34,879 bases of DNA from Marinobacter sp. (GTDB taxonomy: Bacteria > Pseudomonadota > Gammaproteobacteria > Pseudomonadales > Oleiphilaceae): contig DASSWD010000089.1 of NCBI GenBank assembly GCA_035705335.1, positions 1-34,879 on the forward strand, read 5' to 3'. The translations under genes were made by a program, and so were the position numbers. The notes beneath the pieces are model-generated. The model saw only the letters and a program-made list of their open reading frames with translations, was not told the DNA's origin and ran no database searches. Each line of letters starts with the position of its first letter. Position 1 is the stretch's first letter. Positions 10,000 to 19,317 of this stretch are shown here, one piece after another.

Positions 10000-11931
10000 T
10001 CAGATCCGGACCCACCGGCTCAGCACCTCCCGCAAGGTTTCCCTGCGCACCGGCTTGGCGAGGTAATCGTTCATGCCGGTGTCGCGACACAGTTGCTCGG
10101 TTTCCAGCGACACGTCGGCGGTCAGAGCGATGATGGGCACCCCGGCCTGACCGTTGCCATATTCCCATTCCCGGATGCGCCGTGTCGCTTCATAGCCATC
10201 CATCAACGGCATCTGGCAGTCCATCAGAATGACATCGTAACCGCGGTGATTCTGCTGAACCGATTGTATGGCCTCCTCACCGTTGTCAGCGCTGTCTACC
10301 TCGAATCCCAGCTTCTGGAGCAGGGCCAGAGTGACTTTCTGATTCACGGGATTGTCCTCGACCACCAGCGCCCGAGCGCCGGCGACCTGCTCGCGAGGCT
10401 CAGCAGGAGTGTCATGCTGTAATGCAATTTCGAACGGTAATTCAAATCGGAACGAGGACCCCTGGCCGACGTCGGATACCACCTGGATGTGGCCGCCCAT
10501 CAGTTCAACCAGGCGTTGCACCAACGACAGACCCATGCCAATTCCGCCATAGGAACGGTTGTTGCCGGTCTCTGCCTGCTCGAAGGTGTTGAACACACTG
10601 TTCAGGCGATCAGAAGCAATGCCGGCCCCGGAGTCGCTGACTGAGCAGTTCAGCACCATGCAACCGTGTTCCAGCTCTATCCAGTTGGCCTTGATACTGA
10701 CGAATCCGTCACTGGTGAATTTCAGGGCGTTGTCCAGAAGCCCGGCCAGAACCTGGCGCACCCGTGGAGCGTCACCGACCACCACCGGCAGGGCGGGCCA
10801 TTCTCCGAGGAACTGGGTTTCCAGCGCCAGGCCCTGTTTTTCCGCGGCATGGCGATAGGAGGCGCAGCAGTTACTGATCAACGCGCGAAGATTGAACTCC
10901 TTGTGGTCGAGTTCCAGGGCGCCGTTGTCCATCCGGGCATAATCCAGAATGTCAGAAATGACGGTCAGGAGGTCTTCAGTGGATTGCCGGGCGGTGTTCA
11001 GATAGTCCATTTGCCGGCTGGTCATGGGTTCTTCCTGAACCAGCTCTACCATGCCCAGGACGCCGTTCAACGGGGTGCGCAATTCGTGGCTCATGGTGGC
11101 CAGAAACTCGGATTTCGCCTGGCTTGCGTGTTCCGCACGCTCCCGGGCCTGCTCCGACATAGCCAGAGTCTGGTCCCGGGTGGTACGCAACTGATCCAGA
11201 TGTTCAGCCAGTTCATTGAGCTGCTGTTGCAGGGTAGACACCTCCAGGGTTTTGACACCGGGCGGCACAGGTTGTTGGTCGTACTTGCCTTCAATCAGCC
11301 GTGTGACACGAGTAGTGAGTTGGCGCACGGGGTCCAGAATGTTGCCCAGAAAGAAATTGACCAGCAGGATGGTGAGGAACAGCACCCCGGCGCCTACCAG
11401 CAGGGAGGACCACAGAATATCCTGTTGGCGGGCTTCCAGTACCCTCGGGTCCATGCCCACTTCAACGGTGCCCACCCGCAATGAGCCGGAACTGAAATTC
11501 CAGCCGCTGCTGATCCAGTAAGCGCCATCGTCGGGGCCCAGGTCGAGCGGCTCCTGAAGGATCTCGGCGTTGTAAACCCTGAACGCCTGGTTATCCGGGA
11601 AATCAGGAGTGTTGGCCTTCTCGACAAAACCCATTTGTTCGCCGACCACATCGGTGACTCTGATCCAGGCTGCTTCGCTCCGGCGCAGCGATACGCTCAA
11701 CACCTGATCGAGCGCGGTCCGGTTGCCCGAGACAACCGCATATTCCAGCGCTGGCGCCAGACTGTCAGCCAGCATCTGGCCGGTTTCCGCCAGATCATGC
11801 CGCGCATCCTCCAGGCGGGCCGAGGTAAAAAAGACCATCAGCACGGCAAACATGACCACGGCGGGCAGTGCGCCCAGCAGGAGAAGTCTGCGCGACAGCG
11901 ATAGCCCGGGGTTGCTGCGAGGCGCGCTCAC
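10000..11931 (-). CDS. Membrane hybrid sensor histidine kinase/response regulator (TM-periplasmic-TM-HAMP-HisKA-HATPase-REC)
   Basis: H-box [16 protein letters not shown]-box DNALKFT, G1 DSGAGI, G2 GIGMGL, receiver VVEDN...[11 protein letters not shown]...KP. No HPt domain. N-terminal [13 protein letters not shown] resembles GacS/BarA-type sensors. Confidence 0.95.
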   Translation of the reverse strand: MSAPRSNPGLSLSRRLLLLGALPAVVMFAVLMVFFTSARLEDARHDLAETGQMLADSLAPALEYAVVSGNRTALDQVLSVSLRRSEAAWIRVTDVVGEQMGFVEKANTPDFPDNQAFRVYNAEILQEPLDLGPDDGAYWISSGWNFSSGSLRVGTVEVGMDPRVLEARQQDILWSSLLVGAGVLFLTILLVNFFLGNILDPVRQLTTRVTRLIEGKYDQQPVPPGVKTLEVSTLQQQLNELAEHLDQLRTTRDQTLAMSEQARERAEHASQAKSEFLATMSHELRTPLNGVLGMVELVQEEPMTSRQMDYLNTARQSTEDLLTVISDILDYARMDNGALELDHKEFNLRALISNCCASYRHAAEKQGLALETQFLGEWPALPVVVGDAPRVRQVLAGLLDNALKFTSDGFVSIKANWIELEHGCMVLNCSVSDSGAGIASDRLNSVFNTFEQAETGNNRSYGGIGMGLSLVQRLVELMGGHIQVVSDVGQGSSFRFELPFEIALQHDTPAEPREQVAGARALVVEDNPVNQKVTLALLQKLGFEVDSADNGEEAIQSVQQNHRGYDVILMDCQMPLMDGYEATRRIREWEYGNGQAGVPIIALTADVSLETEQLCRDTGMNDYLAKPVRRETLREVLSRWVRI

Positions 11932-12917
11932 GGTTGCTCCTCCTGCCGATTGTCAAGGTAGGCGTTTACCGTTTCGGCAATCCAGTCACGGTCCGGTAAT
12001 GGAATGTTCAGTGACCGCGCTACCTGCTGATTAATCACCACTTTAAAGCGGGGGGAGTATGCCGGTGGCGGAAACCGGCCGTTATCGAAAAAGCTATTGA
12101 GGTGCGCCGCCGCCCGTTCGGCCATTGCATCAAAAGGTGCGTAACTCGACGCCAGAGCACCGGCCCTGACATACGCCTGACTGGGCCCGATCAAAATCTT
12201 GTTGCGCCGATAGGCCGTAAGCAGAATGTGTTTGATACTGCGGGGGTTGTAAATGGCCTCATCCGGGGCAGCCAGCACAAAATCCCCGTAACTGAGCGCG
12301 CGGATCAGGGCGGGAATCAACTGGTCTTCGCTGTCGGCTATAAAAATGCGCGCCCGCAAATCATAAGGCGCCAACTGGTCGATCAACGGCTCGTAGAGCT
12401 CGGCTGAATCTGTATTGGCGAGCAGGGCGATTCGGGTGGTCTGCGGCAGGATCGCTTTGCCGGTCAGCGCCTGGCGCAGCAGTGGCACGTCCTGGAACAC
12501 TGCGCCCACCCGCCCGTTCGAACGCCCGGCATAGTTTTCAATAAATGAATGCTCCACCAGCAGTGCCAGCACAACCGCCGACCGGTTGCCCTGCCGTACC
12601 CGGGTGAACGCGGCCGGGCCAATCGTAATGATCGGCGTATCACCGCTGGCGTTGATCTGGCTTTCCGGTAAGGGATCGAGAGTAAACCCATCGCCAAGTT
12701 CAGTTGCCAGAAGCCGAAGGACATGCTGGTCCAGAGCCGAGTTGCCAGAACCGACCACGAACACGCGCTCTGGCCCCTGAACCTTGTGGTCAGCGGGCTG
12801 TGCGCATACCGGCGCCAAGGCAGAAAAGCCCAGAAAAAAGCTGACAAGCATGCACCAGAGAGACCTGATCGGCCGATTGTGGTGCGGGCTGTTCTTTTTT
12901 GAGAGTGTCTGCCTCAT
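11928..12917 (-). CDS. Periplasmic ABC-type substrate-binding-like protein
   Basis: Signal peptide (..[13 protein letters not shown]|Q); C-terminal YVRAGALAS and [16 protein letters not shown] resemble the ABC_sub_bind (PF04392-like) family. Overlaps the kinase start by 4 bp. Alternative start at 12851. Confidence 0.75.
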   Translation of the reverse strand: MRQTLSKKNSPHHNRPIRSLWCMLVSFFLGFSALAPVCAQPADHKVQGPERVFVVGSGNSALDQHVLRLLATELGDGFTLDPLPESQINASGDTPIITIGPAAFTRVRQGNRSAVVLALLVEHSFIENYAGRSNGRVGAVFQDVPLLRQALTGKAILPQTTRIALLANTDSAELYEPLIDQLAPYDLRARIFIADSEDQLIPALIRALSYGDFVLAAPDEAIYNPRSIKHILLTAYRRNKILIGPSQAYVRAGALASSYAPFDAMAERAAAHLNSFFDNGRFPPPAYSPRFKVVINQQVARSLNIPLPDRDWIAETVNAYLDNRQEEQP

Positions 12918-12967
12918 GCCATCCCGACTGGTAATCTTGTCCCTGCTGTCGTTGTCTGACCTGACGA

Positions 12968-15190
12968 TCAGAAACGAATCCCCGCTTCCACGAAAAACTG
13001 GTTATGATCTTTGATGTTGTTATCGGAACTCAATTCCGGGTCCCGGTTCAGATAGTGTTGCAGTGTAAACGCCAATTCTCCAGTAAAGGTCGGGTAAATA
13101 AACGATTTACTGACCCTGGCGTCGATCCGCTCGAATTGGGTGTTGAATTCGTCAGCCCAGTAGAAGGCGGTTGCGGCTTTGAATCCCATTGGCAGTTCGC
13201 GGATAGCGGAGAAACTGCCGGAGTGGCGAACGGATAAACGTTCCAGCAGCTCTTCGGCATACGCCTGTTCATCCAGAGCCACCTCGCCATCTGGCCCGAT
13301 GATGGGTTCACCGGTGTACCAGGTGTCCTGATCCAGGTAGCCGTAAGTTGCCCGCAGGGATGTCCCCGGGAAATCCAGGGTAGCTTCCACTTCGAAACCT
13401 TTCTGGTCCACGGCCACATTGTTATCAATAGTCCACTCGTTCAGCAGGATGACCCCGCTGATCATGTCTCGAAGCTCATCTTTGAACCCACGGACTTCAA
13501 GGGAGAGCAGGGCCTGGTCCATGGGAAACTGGCCAAAATAGCTGATTTCCCGCGAAGTGATGGTTTCTTCTTCCAGCTCCCGCCCCAGAGTCTGGAACTC
13601 GGCAACCTCGACGGCCTCATCAAAGCCGACACGGAAACCCTCGAGGTCGGAATACTCCGTTGGCCGAACGTTGCGCAACGTGTAGCCCCAATTGGGTCGT
13701 TGCTCAAAACCATCGGGGGTGCGCACCGCCTGAGAAAATACGAATCGCAGGGCATGCTGATGGTTAAACGTTAGATTGGCTGCGGCGCGTGGGGAAAAAT
13801 AGCCGTCATCGGTGGTGCTGGTGCGTTCCCAGTTGCCACCGGCATTCAGTGTCAGCCATTGCAGGGGCGTATATTCCAGATTGCCGAAATAGCGGGACTG
13901 ATAGTTGCTGCCCCGACCATTGAAATAGGTCTCAGAACGATACACGTCTTTTCGGAAACCGGCACCGGAGACCAGTTTCAGGTCATCACTGAACAGCAGG
14001 GTATCCTGGAATTCAAATTCCATTCGGGTGTCTTCGGAATCGGCATCCACATCAGCGAAACCGGTTGGGCCACCGCTGTCGGTGAAACAGAGCCGTTCAC
14101 GGCTGCCATCCGGGAAATAAGTGCATTGGTAAAGCGGATCGCCATCGCGCAGACACTGTGCCGTGTTATCCGTGAAACTGATGGTGTAGGGCTGTCGCCG
14201 CTGGAAATTTTCCAAACTCGCCTGAACGTGAAAGAAATGCCGCTCAGAGGTGGTAACATTGAGCCGCGTCTGCAGGTAGTAGTCCCGCACGTCAATGTTC
14301 GGGTTTTCAACGGGGTTGAGCTCTCCGCTCTTGTTGCGATCCTGCTGCTTAATGCCATCGACCATCCCGCCGCGTAGTTCGACATTGGTATTGCTGGTCA
14401 GCGTCAGGCGGGAATCGTAGGTGAACATGTTCAGATCGTGTCCGTCGTTAAACGGGAGCCGTTCACCGCCACTGAGCTGATAGTCAAAACCGTCAAACTT
14501 GCGCTTCTCATAGGTCAGGCGCCAGTCGTAATCTGAACTGGCACTCCCTATCGAGCCAAATGTCCGTGTATAGCCTCTGGAGCCCCGGGTAACCTGAGCT
14601 TCCACGCCCGCGGTATCAGCCGGATCCCGGGTGATGATGTTGATAGTGCCCAGAAAGGCGTTGATGCCGTAGGCCGCGGAATTGGGCCCCCGGGCGACTT
14701 CGATCCGTTCGATCATTTCAAGCGGCACCGGCATGGTTTCCCAGTCCATGTCGGACAGAGTGGCACGGTGAGCCGTGCGGCCGTCAACCAGCACCTGCAT
14801 ACGCCGCTGTTCGTAGTGCACGGTACCGTGGTAGCTCGTGACCGGTTGATGACTGCCGACAAAGTTGACCACCATGCCGGGCACCAGTCGGAACACCTCA
14901 TACAGGTTCATGATGCCCAGATCCCGGATCATGTCACCGGTGATGACCGTCGTGCTACCGGGAACCCGGGTCTTGGGCTGACGCAGTCGGGTGGTAGTAA
15001 GCACCTCAGGGATGGTATCGAACGCCATGAATTCATCAGCGCTGACCTCAGGATCGAACGATTCCTTGCCAGTCTGTGCCAGTACTGACGCAGGTGTCAG
15101 ACTCAGTGTGGTGATCATCACAGCCACCCGGAGTGGATCGCGGCGGTGGGTGGACAGAGAAGCGGCGAACCAGTAATTCGTAATGGCCAT
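12968..15190 (-). CDS. TonB-dependent outer-membrane receptor
   Basis: Plug motifs EVLTTTR...STTVIT...LVPGM, VLVDGR and IERIEVARGPNSAAYG-NA--GTINIIT; amphipathic beta strands; terminal Phe (EAGIRF). Confidence 0.93.
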   Translation of the reverse strand: MAITNYWFAASLSTHRRDPLRVAVMITTLSLTPASVLAQTGKESFDPEVSADEFMAFDTIPEVLTTTRLRQPKTRVPGSTTVITGDMIRDLGIMNLYEVFRLVPGMVVNFVGSHQPVTSYHGTVHYEQRRMQVLVDGRTAHRATLSDMDWETMPVPLEMIERIEVARGPNSAAYGINAFLGTINIITRDPADTAGVEAQVTRGSRGYTRTFGSIGSASSDYDWRLTYEKRKFDGFDYQLSGGERLPFNDGHDLNMFTYDSRLTLTSNTNVELRGGMVDGIKQQDRNKSGELNPVENPNIDVRDYYLQTRLNVTTSERHFFHVQASLENFQRRQPYTISFTDNTAQCLRDGDPLYQCTYFPDGSRERLCFTDSGGPTGFADVDADSEDTRMEFEFQDTLLFSDDLKLVSGAGFRKDVYRSETYFNGRGSNYQSRYFGNLEYTPLQWLTLNAGGNWERTSTTDDGYFSPRAAANLTFNHQHALRFVFSQAVRTPDGFEQRPNWGYTLRNVRPTEYSDLEGFRVGFDEAVEVAEFQTLGRELEEETITSREISYFGQFPMDQALLSLEVRGFKDELRDMISGVILLNEWTIDNNVAVDQKGFEVEATLDFPGTSLRATYGYLDQDTWYTGEPIIGPDGEVALDEQAYAEELLERLSVRHSGSFSAIRELPMGFKAATAFYWADEFNTQFERIDARVSKSFIYPTFTGELAFTLQHYLNRDPELSSDNNIKDHNQFFVEAGIRF

Positions 15191-15320
15191 GCGTGTCGTT
15201 CTATAATCAGCGGTGATATAGGTCGTTAGATGGTGCTCCGGGTTTCGATTATCCTAGGGGACCATCGGGCATTTGTCTCTACAAAGATTACAGATTTTAC
15301 ATATCCGGAGTGGCAGATTT

Positions 15321-16013
15321 ATGAATTGCTGGGAGATCCTGGGCATTGAACCAACCCAAGACCGGGAACGGATTCGGGAGGCATTCGAGCGGCAGATGAA
15401 GTTTGCCTCGCCGGAAGAGGCCCGGAGTCTTGAGCAGGCCTTCCGGGAAGCGACCGGCGGAGAACGCCCTGTTTCGACGGAAACCGCTCAGCCTTCAGTT
15501 CGGAATGACCCTGTGTCTGAGACGGCGCAACCGGTACCGGTTGAGGCAAATGTAAAATCTCGCGTCGACACCGCGCCACTGTCGGCCAGCGAGTCCCAGA
15601 TCGTGCGCGAGGTGGTTATCCAGATCAAGGCCTTGCTGAACGATTCGTCCAGGCAACAGGATGTGGGCATCTGGAAGGCGATTCTGTGTGAACCACCGGC
15701 GGATCAGTTGCCACTGCGTCGGGAAATTGGCCAGCAACTGGAGCCGCAGGTCCGCCCAATGGCCGAAAACGGCAGTTTTCCTTCCCCGGTGGCACGCTTT
15801 CTAGGGGACTGGTTTGACTGGTTTAGCGTGCAAAAGGCCCATTCCGATTCGGAGCCGAACACCGGTCAGGATCAGCAACCGCCTCGTGATGACACCTTTG
15901 CCAATGAGGCCGATGACACTCCGCAGATGATGAACTTCTGGCCGGCGGTCATCGGCTGGACGGTGGGCCTAATTATCCTGGCGATGATTTTCGGGGGCAT
16001 GGGCGGGGGCTGA
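15321..16013 (+). CDS. Degenerate J-domain-like protein with C-terminal membrane anchor
   Basis: MNCWEILGIEPT---ERIREAF resembles J-domain helices I-II, but there is no HPD motif. C-terminal hydrophobic WPAVIGWTVGLIILAMIFGG. Start placed at ATG 15321 (GGAG upstream). Confidence 0.7.
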   Translation: MNCWEILGIEPTQDRERIREAFERQMKFASPEEARSLEQAFREATGGERPVSTETAQPSVRNDPVSETAQPVPVEANVKSRVDTAPLSASESQIVREVVIQIKALLNDSSRQQDVGIWKAILCEPPADQLPLRREIGQQLEPQVRPMAENGSFPSPVARFLGDWFDWFSVQKAHSDSEPNTGQDQQPPRDDTFANEADDTPQMMNFWPAVIGWTVGLIILAMIFGGMGGG

Positions 16014-17006
16014 CCCTGCGCCGTTCCCGGCCGCTTCCTCAATCATCACCCGGTATTTCTGGGCCAGGATGGCCCCGACAATCACCTGAATCTGGTTGTA
16101 GCACATGATCGGCAACACGATCATGCCAAAGCCCGGGTGGCCGGAAAACAGCACCTTGGCCATGGGTAGGCCCGACGCCAGGCTCTTTTTCGATCCGCAG
16201 AACACCACCGCCGCCTCATCTTCCAGACTGAACCCGAGTTTGCGCACCATCAGCCGTGCAATCAGCATGAATAGCCCCAGTAATACAAAACACAGCACAA
16301 TCGCCAATACCACGGCCTGTACCGGCAGATTCTGCCAAAGCCCGCTGACCACGGAATGGGAAAAAGCGGAGTAGACGATGATCCAGATCACGGTCTGGTC
16401 ATAACGCGCCATGAACGATTCGTGTCTCGACAGAATGCCGCCAAGCCAGGGCCGCAGCGCGTGGCCCACCGCAAACGGCAGCAGCAGTTGCAACACGATG
16501 TCCTTGAGCGCTTCAACCACCGAAAACTCACCGGAACCCGAAGTTGATACCAGCAACAGCAGCAGGAACGGGGTCAGCATCATGCCGAACACGTTGGAGG
16601 CTGCCGCGCTGCAGATGGCGGCCGGCACGTTGCCCCGGGCCATGGCGGTATAGGCGATAGACGATGACACGGCCGACGGCAGCACACCCAGATACAGGAA
16701 GCCCAGCCCGAGATCTCTGGGCATCCACTCATGCGCAATCGCGCTCAAACCATTCACTGGCAAGACCGCCAGCGGAAAGAATACGAAGGTGAGGGACGTG
16801 ATCAGAATATGCAGGCGCCAGTGAGTTGCTCCGTCGATGATCTGCTGGCGGGACAGGGCCGCGCCGTGAAAGAAAAACAGGAAGCCCACGGCCACGGTAC
16901 CGATAGTCGCCAGCGCATCGGCGGCTTGCCCGGTAACAGGCGCGAACGACGCCAGAACAATCGCGCCCAGCAACAACAGGGTAAAGGTATCAATCTTGAA
17001 CTTCAT
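15969..17006 (-). CDS. Bile acid:sodium symporter family (SBF-like/YfeH-type) transporter
   Basis: FFFHGAALSR, HWRLH, LPSAVSSSIAYT-MARGNVPAA, FCGSKKSLASGLPMA motifs; about 9-10 TM segments. Confidence 0.9.
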   Translation of the reverse strand: MKFKIDTFTLLLLGAIVLASFAPVTGQAADALATIGTVAVGFLFFFHGAALSRQQIIDGATHWRLHILITSLTFVFFPLAVLPVNGLSAIAHEWMPRDLGLGFLYLGVLPSAVSSSIAYTAMARGNVPAAICSAAASNVFGMMLTPFLLLLLVSTSGSGEFSVVEALKDIVLQLLLPFAVGHALRPWLGGILSRHESFMARYDQTVIWIIVYSAFSHSVVSGLWQNLPVQAVVLAIVLCFVLLGLFMLIARLMVRKLGFSLEDEAAVVFCGSKKSLASGLPMAKVLFSGHPGFGMIVLPIMCYNQIQVIVGAILAQKYRVMIEEAAGNGAGSAPAHAPENHRQDN

Positions 17007-17009
17007 GGT

Positions 17010-17684
17010 TCAGGCCTCGTCCGTCAATACTTGCAGACTCGGGGTTAACAGCGCCCGGGACAGGCTTTCAGTATTCTGGGCATCCCGTCGGCGAATGGCG
17101 GCGAGTAATAATTCATGCGCCTCCTGGCTGGGTTCTGGCAGGTCGGCGTCCTTTTCCGTGCGCTCAATGGTCTGACTGACGGCGTGGGAGAAATAATCGT
17201 AGAGCTCGATCAGTGCTGCATTATGGGAGGCGCGCACCAGCGCGTGATGGAATGCCTCGTCATGTCTGATGCGATCGTTGACGTTGTCGCCGGCCGCGCC
17301 GCGGGCGTCCAGGGCACTGGTCATGGCTTTCAGATCGCTGTCGGTGCGACGCCGGGCGGCCAGGCGAGCGGCCTCGGTTTCCAGCATGATGCGTACTTCA
17401 ATCTGTTCGGCCAGCTTCGAGCGGGCGATGCGCCGCAGTGTCTCGCCGGCGTCGCGATCCGCCCTTACATAAGTGCCATCGCCCTGGCGGGTTTCCAGCA
17501 TGCCCACGTGCACAAGCACGCGTACCGCTTCCCGAATGGTGTTGCGACTGATACCTAGCGCTTCTGACAGCTCGGCTTCCACGGGCAGACGGGTGCCCAC
17601 CGGCCAGGCACCGGATTCAATGTTCTGGCGCAAGCTCTCAATGGCGGTGTCGACCAGGGAGCCTTTTCGGATTGGCGATAACAT
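17010..17684 (-). CDS. GntR family (FadR subfamily) transcriptional regulator
   Basis: wHTH RLPVEAELSEALGISRNTIREA...RQGDGTYV; FCD domain with R-MLE-EAARLAA and D-AFH---HN; ends 3 bp before the transporter start. Confidence 0.93.
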   Translation of the reverse strand: MLSPIRKGSLVDTAIESLRQNIESGAWPVGTRLPVEAELSEALGISRNTIREAVRVLVHVGMLETRQGDGTYVRADRDAGETLRRIARSKLAEQIEVRIMLETEAARLAARRRTDSDLKAMTSALDARGAAGDNVNDRIRHDEAFHHALVRASHNAALIELYDYFSHAVSQTIERTEKDADLPEPSQEAHELLLAAIRRRDAQNTESLSRALLTPSLQVLTDEA

Positions 17685-17685
17685 C

Positions 17686-17727
17686 TTGGATCATCCTGTG
17701 GTGTGATGATCCAATCATCCTATGATT
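17686..17727 (-). promoter_or_regulatory. Putative FadR operator(s) and hairpin in the leader of the GntR gene
   Basis: Palindrome AATCAT-CCT-ATGATT at 17713-17727; second copy ATCATCCTGTG at 17690-17700; perfect 10-bp inverted repeat TTGGATCATC (17686-17695) / GATGATCCAA (17705-17714). Confidence 0.6.
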
Positions 17728-17768
17728 AAATCCAAAAGGCAACGTTGACTGACAGCGAGGATCGGGCT

Positions 17769-19250
17769 TCAGCTAGCCGCGGCGCCCGTGAAGCGGTAAT
17801 CGGCGGTGTCCACAGCGCGGGTTGCAAACCGGTAGCTGAAGGTAAATCCTGGCCAGTTGATGGTATTGCGCCCATGCTCATCCAGATACCAGGAAGTGCA
17901 CCCAGAATCCCACACCGTACCATCCAGCTTGGTATGTAGCGTCCGGCAGAAACGGGTTTGCTGTTCCTGCCGGACGTCCATGGCGGCGCCAGGATAGCGC
18001 GCCAGCGCATCCACGGCACTGACGACGTACCGGAACTGGGACTCCAGCATATAAATGATCGAATTGTGGGCGAGGTTGGTGTTCGGGCCGTAGAGCATGA
18101 ACAGATTCGGAAAACCGCTGACGCTGATGCCTTTGTAAGCCTGGCTCCCCTCGGCCCAGGCATCGTTCAGGGTGACGCTGCCCAGCCCTCGGATTTCCAT
18201 GGGCGCCAGGAACTCGCTGGCTTTGAAGCCGGTGGCCAGGATGATGACGTCCGTTGGCCGGCGCTCGCCAGTGGCTGACACAATCGCGTCTTTTTCGACA
18301 CGCTCGATGGCATCTGTCAGCAATGCCAGATGCGGCTGATTGATCGCCGGGTACCAGTCGTTGGAAATCAGAATGCGTTTGCAGCCAATCCGGTAATCCG
18401 GCACGATCCGCGCCCGCTTGTCCGGGTCTGTGACCCGTTTTTCCGCTTCCTGCCGGGCCTGACGGGCAAACGCATTCAGAATCCAGCTGAACCGGGTGAA
18501 GGCCAGGGCACGGGATTCGTTTTTCCAGTAGATCAGGCTGCGGTACAGGCGGTCCCAGCCTGGCACTGCACGGAACAGTGCCTGTTCCCGGGGCGAGAAC
18601 GGCCGGTCTGGCTTGGGCAGCACCCAGGCCGCCGAGCGCTGGTACAAATCCAGAGTCTGCACCTGGCTCACGATTTCCGGAACGAGCTGGATAGCGCTGG
18701 CACCGGTGCCGATCACGGCCACGCGTTTACCGCGCAGGTCACAGTCGTGTTGCCAGCGGGCCGAGTGAAAGCAGGCGCCTTTAAACGTCTCCAGGCCCGC
18801 GATTTTCGGTGTGGCGGGACGGTTGAGCTGACCTGTGGCGGTAATCAGTATGTCTGCCTGGTAGCTGTGGCCGGATTCGGTCGAGACCGTCCACTGATTC
18901 TTCTGGTCATCAAAGACGGCCATGCGGACTGCACGATTGAAATGCAGGTGCCCGGCCAGGCCGTACCGGGTAACGCAGTGGCGCATGTAGTTCAGGATCT
19001 CCGCCTGACCGGCAAACTTCCGGCTCCAGTCGTATTTTGGCTCAAAGGAATAGGAGTACAGGTGGGACTGCACATCGCAGGCAGCGCCTGGGTAAGTGTT
19101 GTCCCGCCAGGTGCCGCCGATGTCGGTTGCCCGCTCAAGAATGGTGAGGTCGTGAAAGCCTGCTCTTTTGAGCTGGATGGCCATGCCCAGGCCCCCGAAA
19201 CCGGAGCCGATGATGATCACCGAAGGGGAGCGCTGTCGTGTCTGGGCCAT
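17769..19250 (-). CDS. Baeyer-Villiger-type flavin monooxygenase
   Basis: Two Rossmann motifs (GSGFGG, GTGASA), GGTWRDNTYPG, BVMO fingerprint FxGxxxHxxxW (FKGACFHSARW), GCKRIL, ATGF. Confidence 0.92.
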   Translation of the reverse strand: MAQTRQRSPSVIIIGSGFGGLGMAIQLKRAGFHDLTILERATDIGGTWRDNTYPGAACDVQSHLYSYSFEPKYDWSRKFAGQAEILNYMRHCVTRYGLAGHLHFNRAVRMAVFDDQKNQWTVSTESGHSYQADILITATGQLNRPATPKIAGLETFKGACFHSARWQHDCDLRGKRVAVIGTGASAIQLVPEIVSQVQTLDLYQRSAAWVLPKPDRPFSPREQALFRAVPGWDRLYRSLIYWKNESRALAFTRFSWILNAFARQARQEAEKRVTDPDKRARIVPDYRIGCKRILISNDWYPAINQPHLALLTDAIERVEKDAIVSATGERRPTDVIILATGFKASEFLAPMEIRGLGSVTLNDAWAEGSQAYKGISVSGFPNLFMLYGPNTNLAHNSIIYMLESQFRYVVSAVDALARYPGAAMDVRQEQQTRFCRTLHTKLDGTVWDSGCTSWYLDEHGRNTINWPGFTFSYRFATRAVDTADYRFTGAAAS

Positions 19251-19317
19251 GGCGTCTTCTCGTGGCGTTATTGTTTTGTCTGACTATATACCCCGGTACC
19301 GGGACTCTGAAAGAGCA

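Noticed and set aside
15191-15320. Fur box or sigma70 promoter for the TonB receptor; TATAAT at 15202-15207 and TTTGT-N4-ACAAA at 15272-15285
   Set aside because: No match to the Fur consensus, no -35 element at correct spacing for the TATAAT, and the short dyad could arise by chance.
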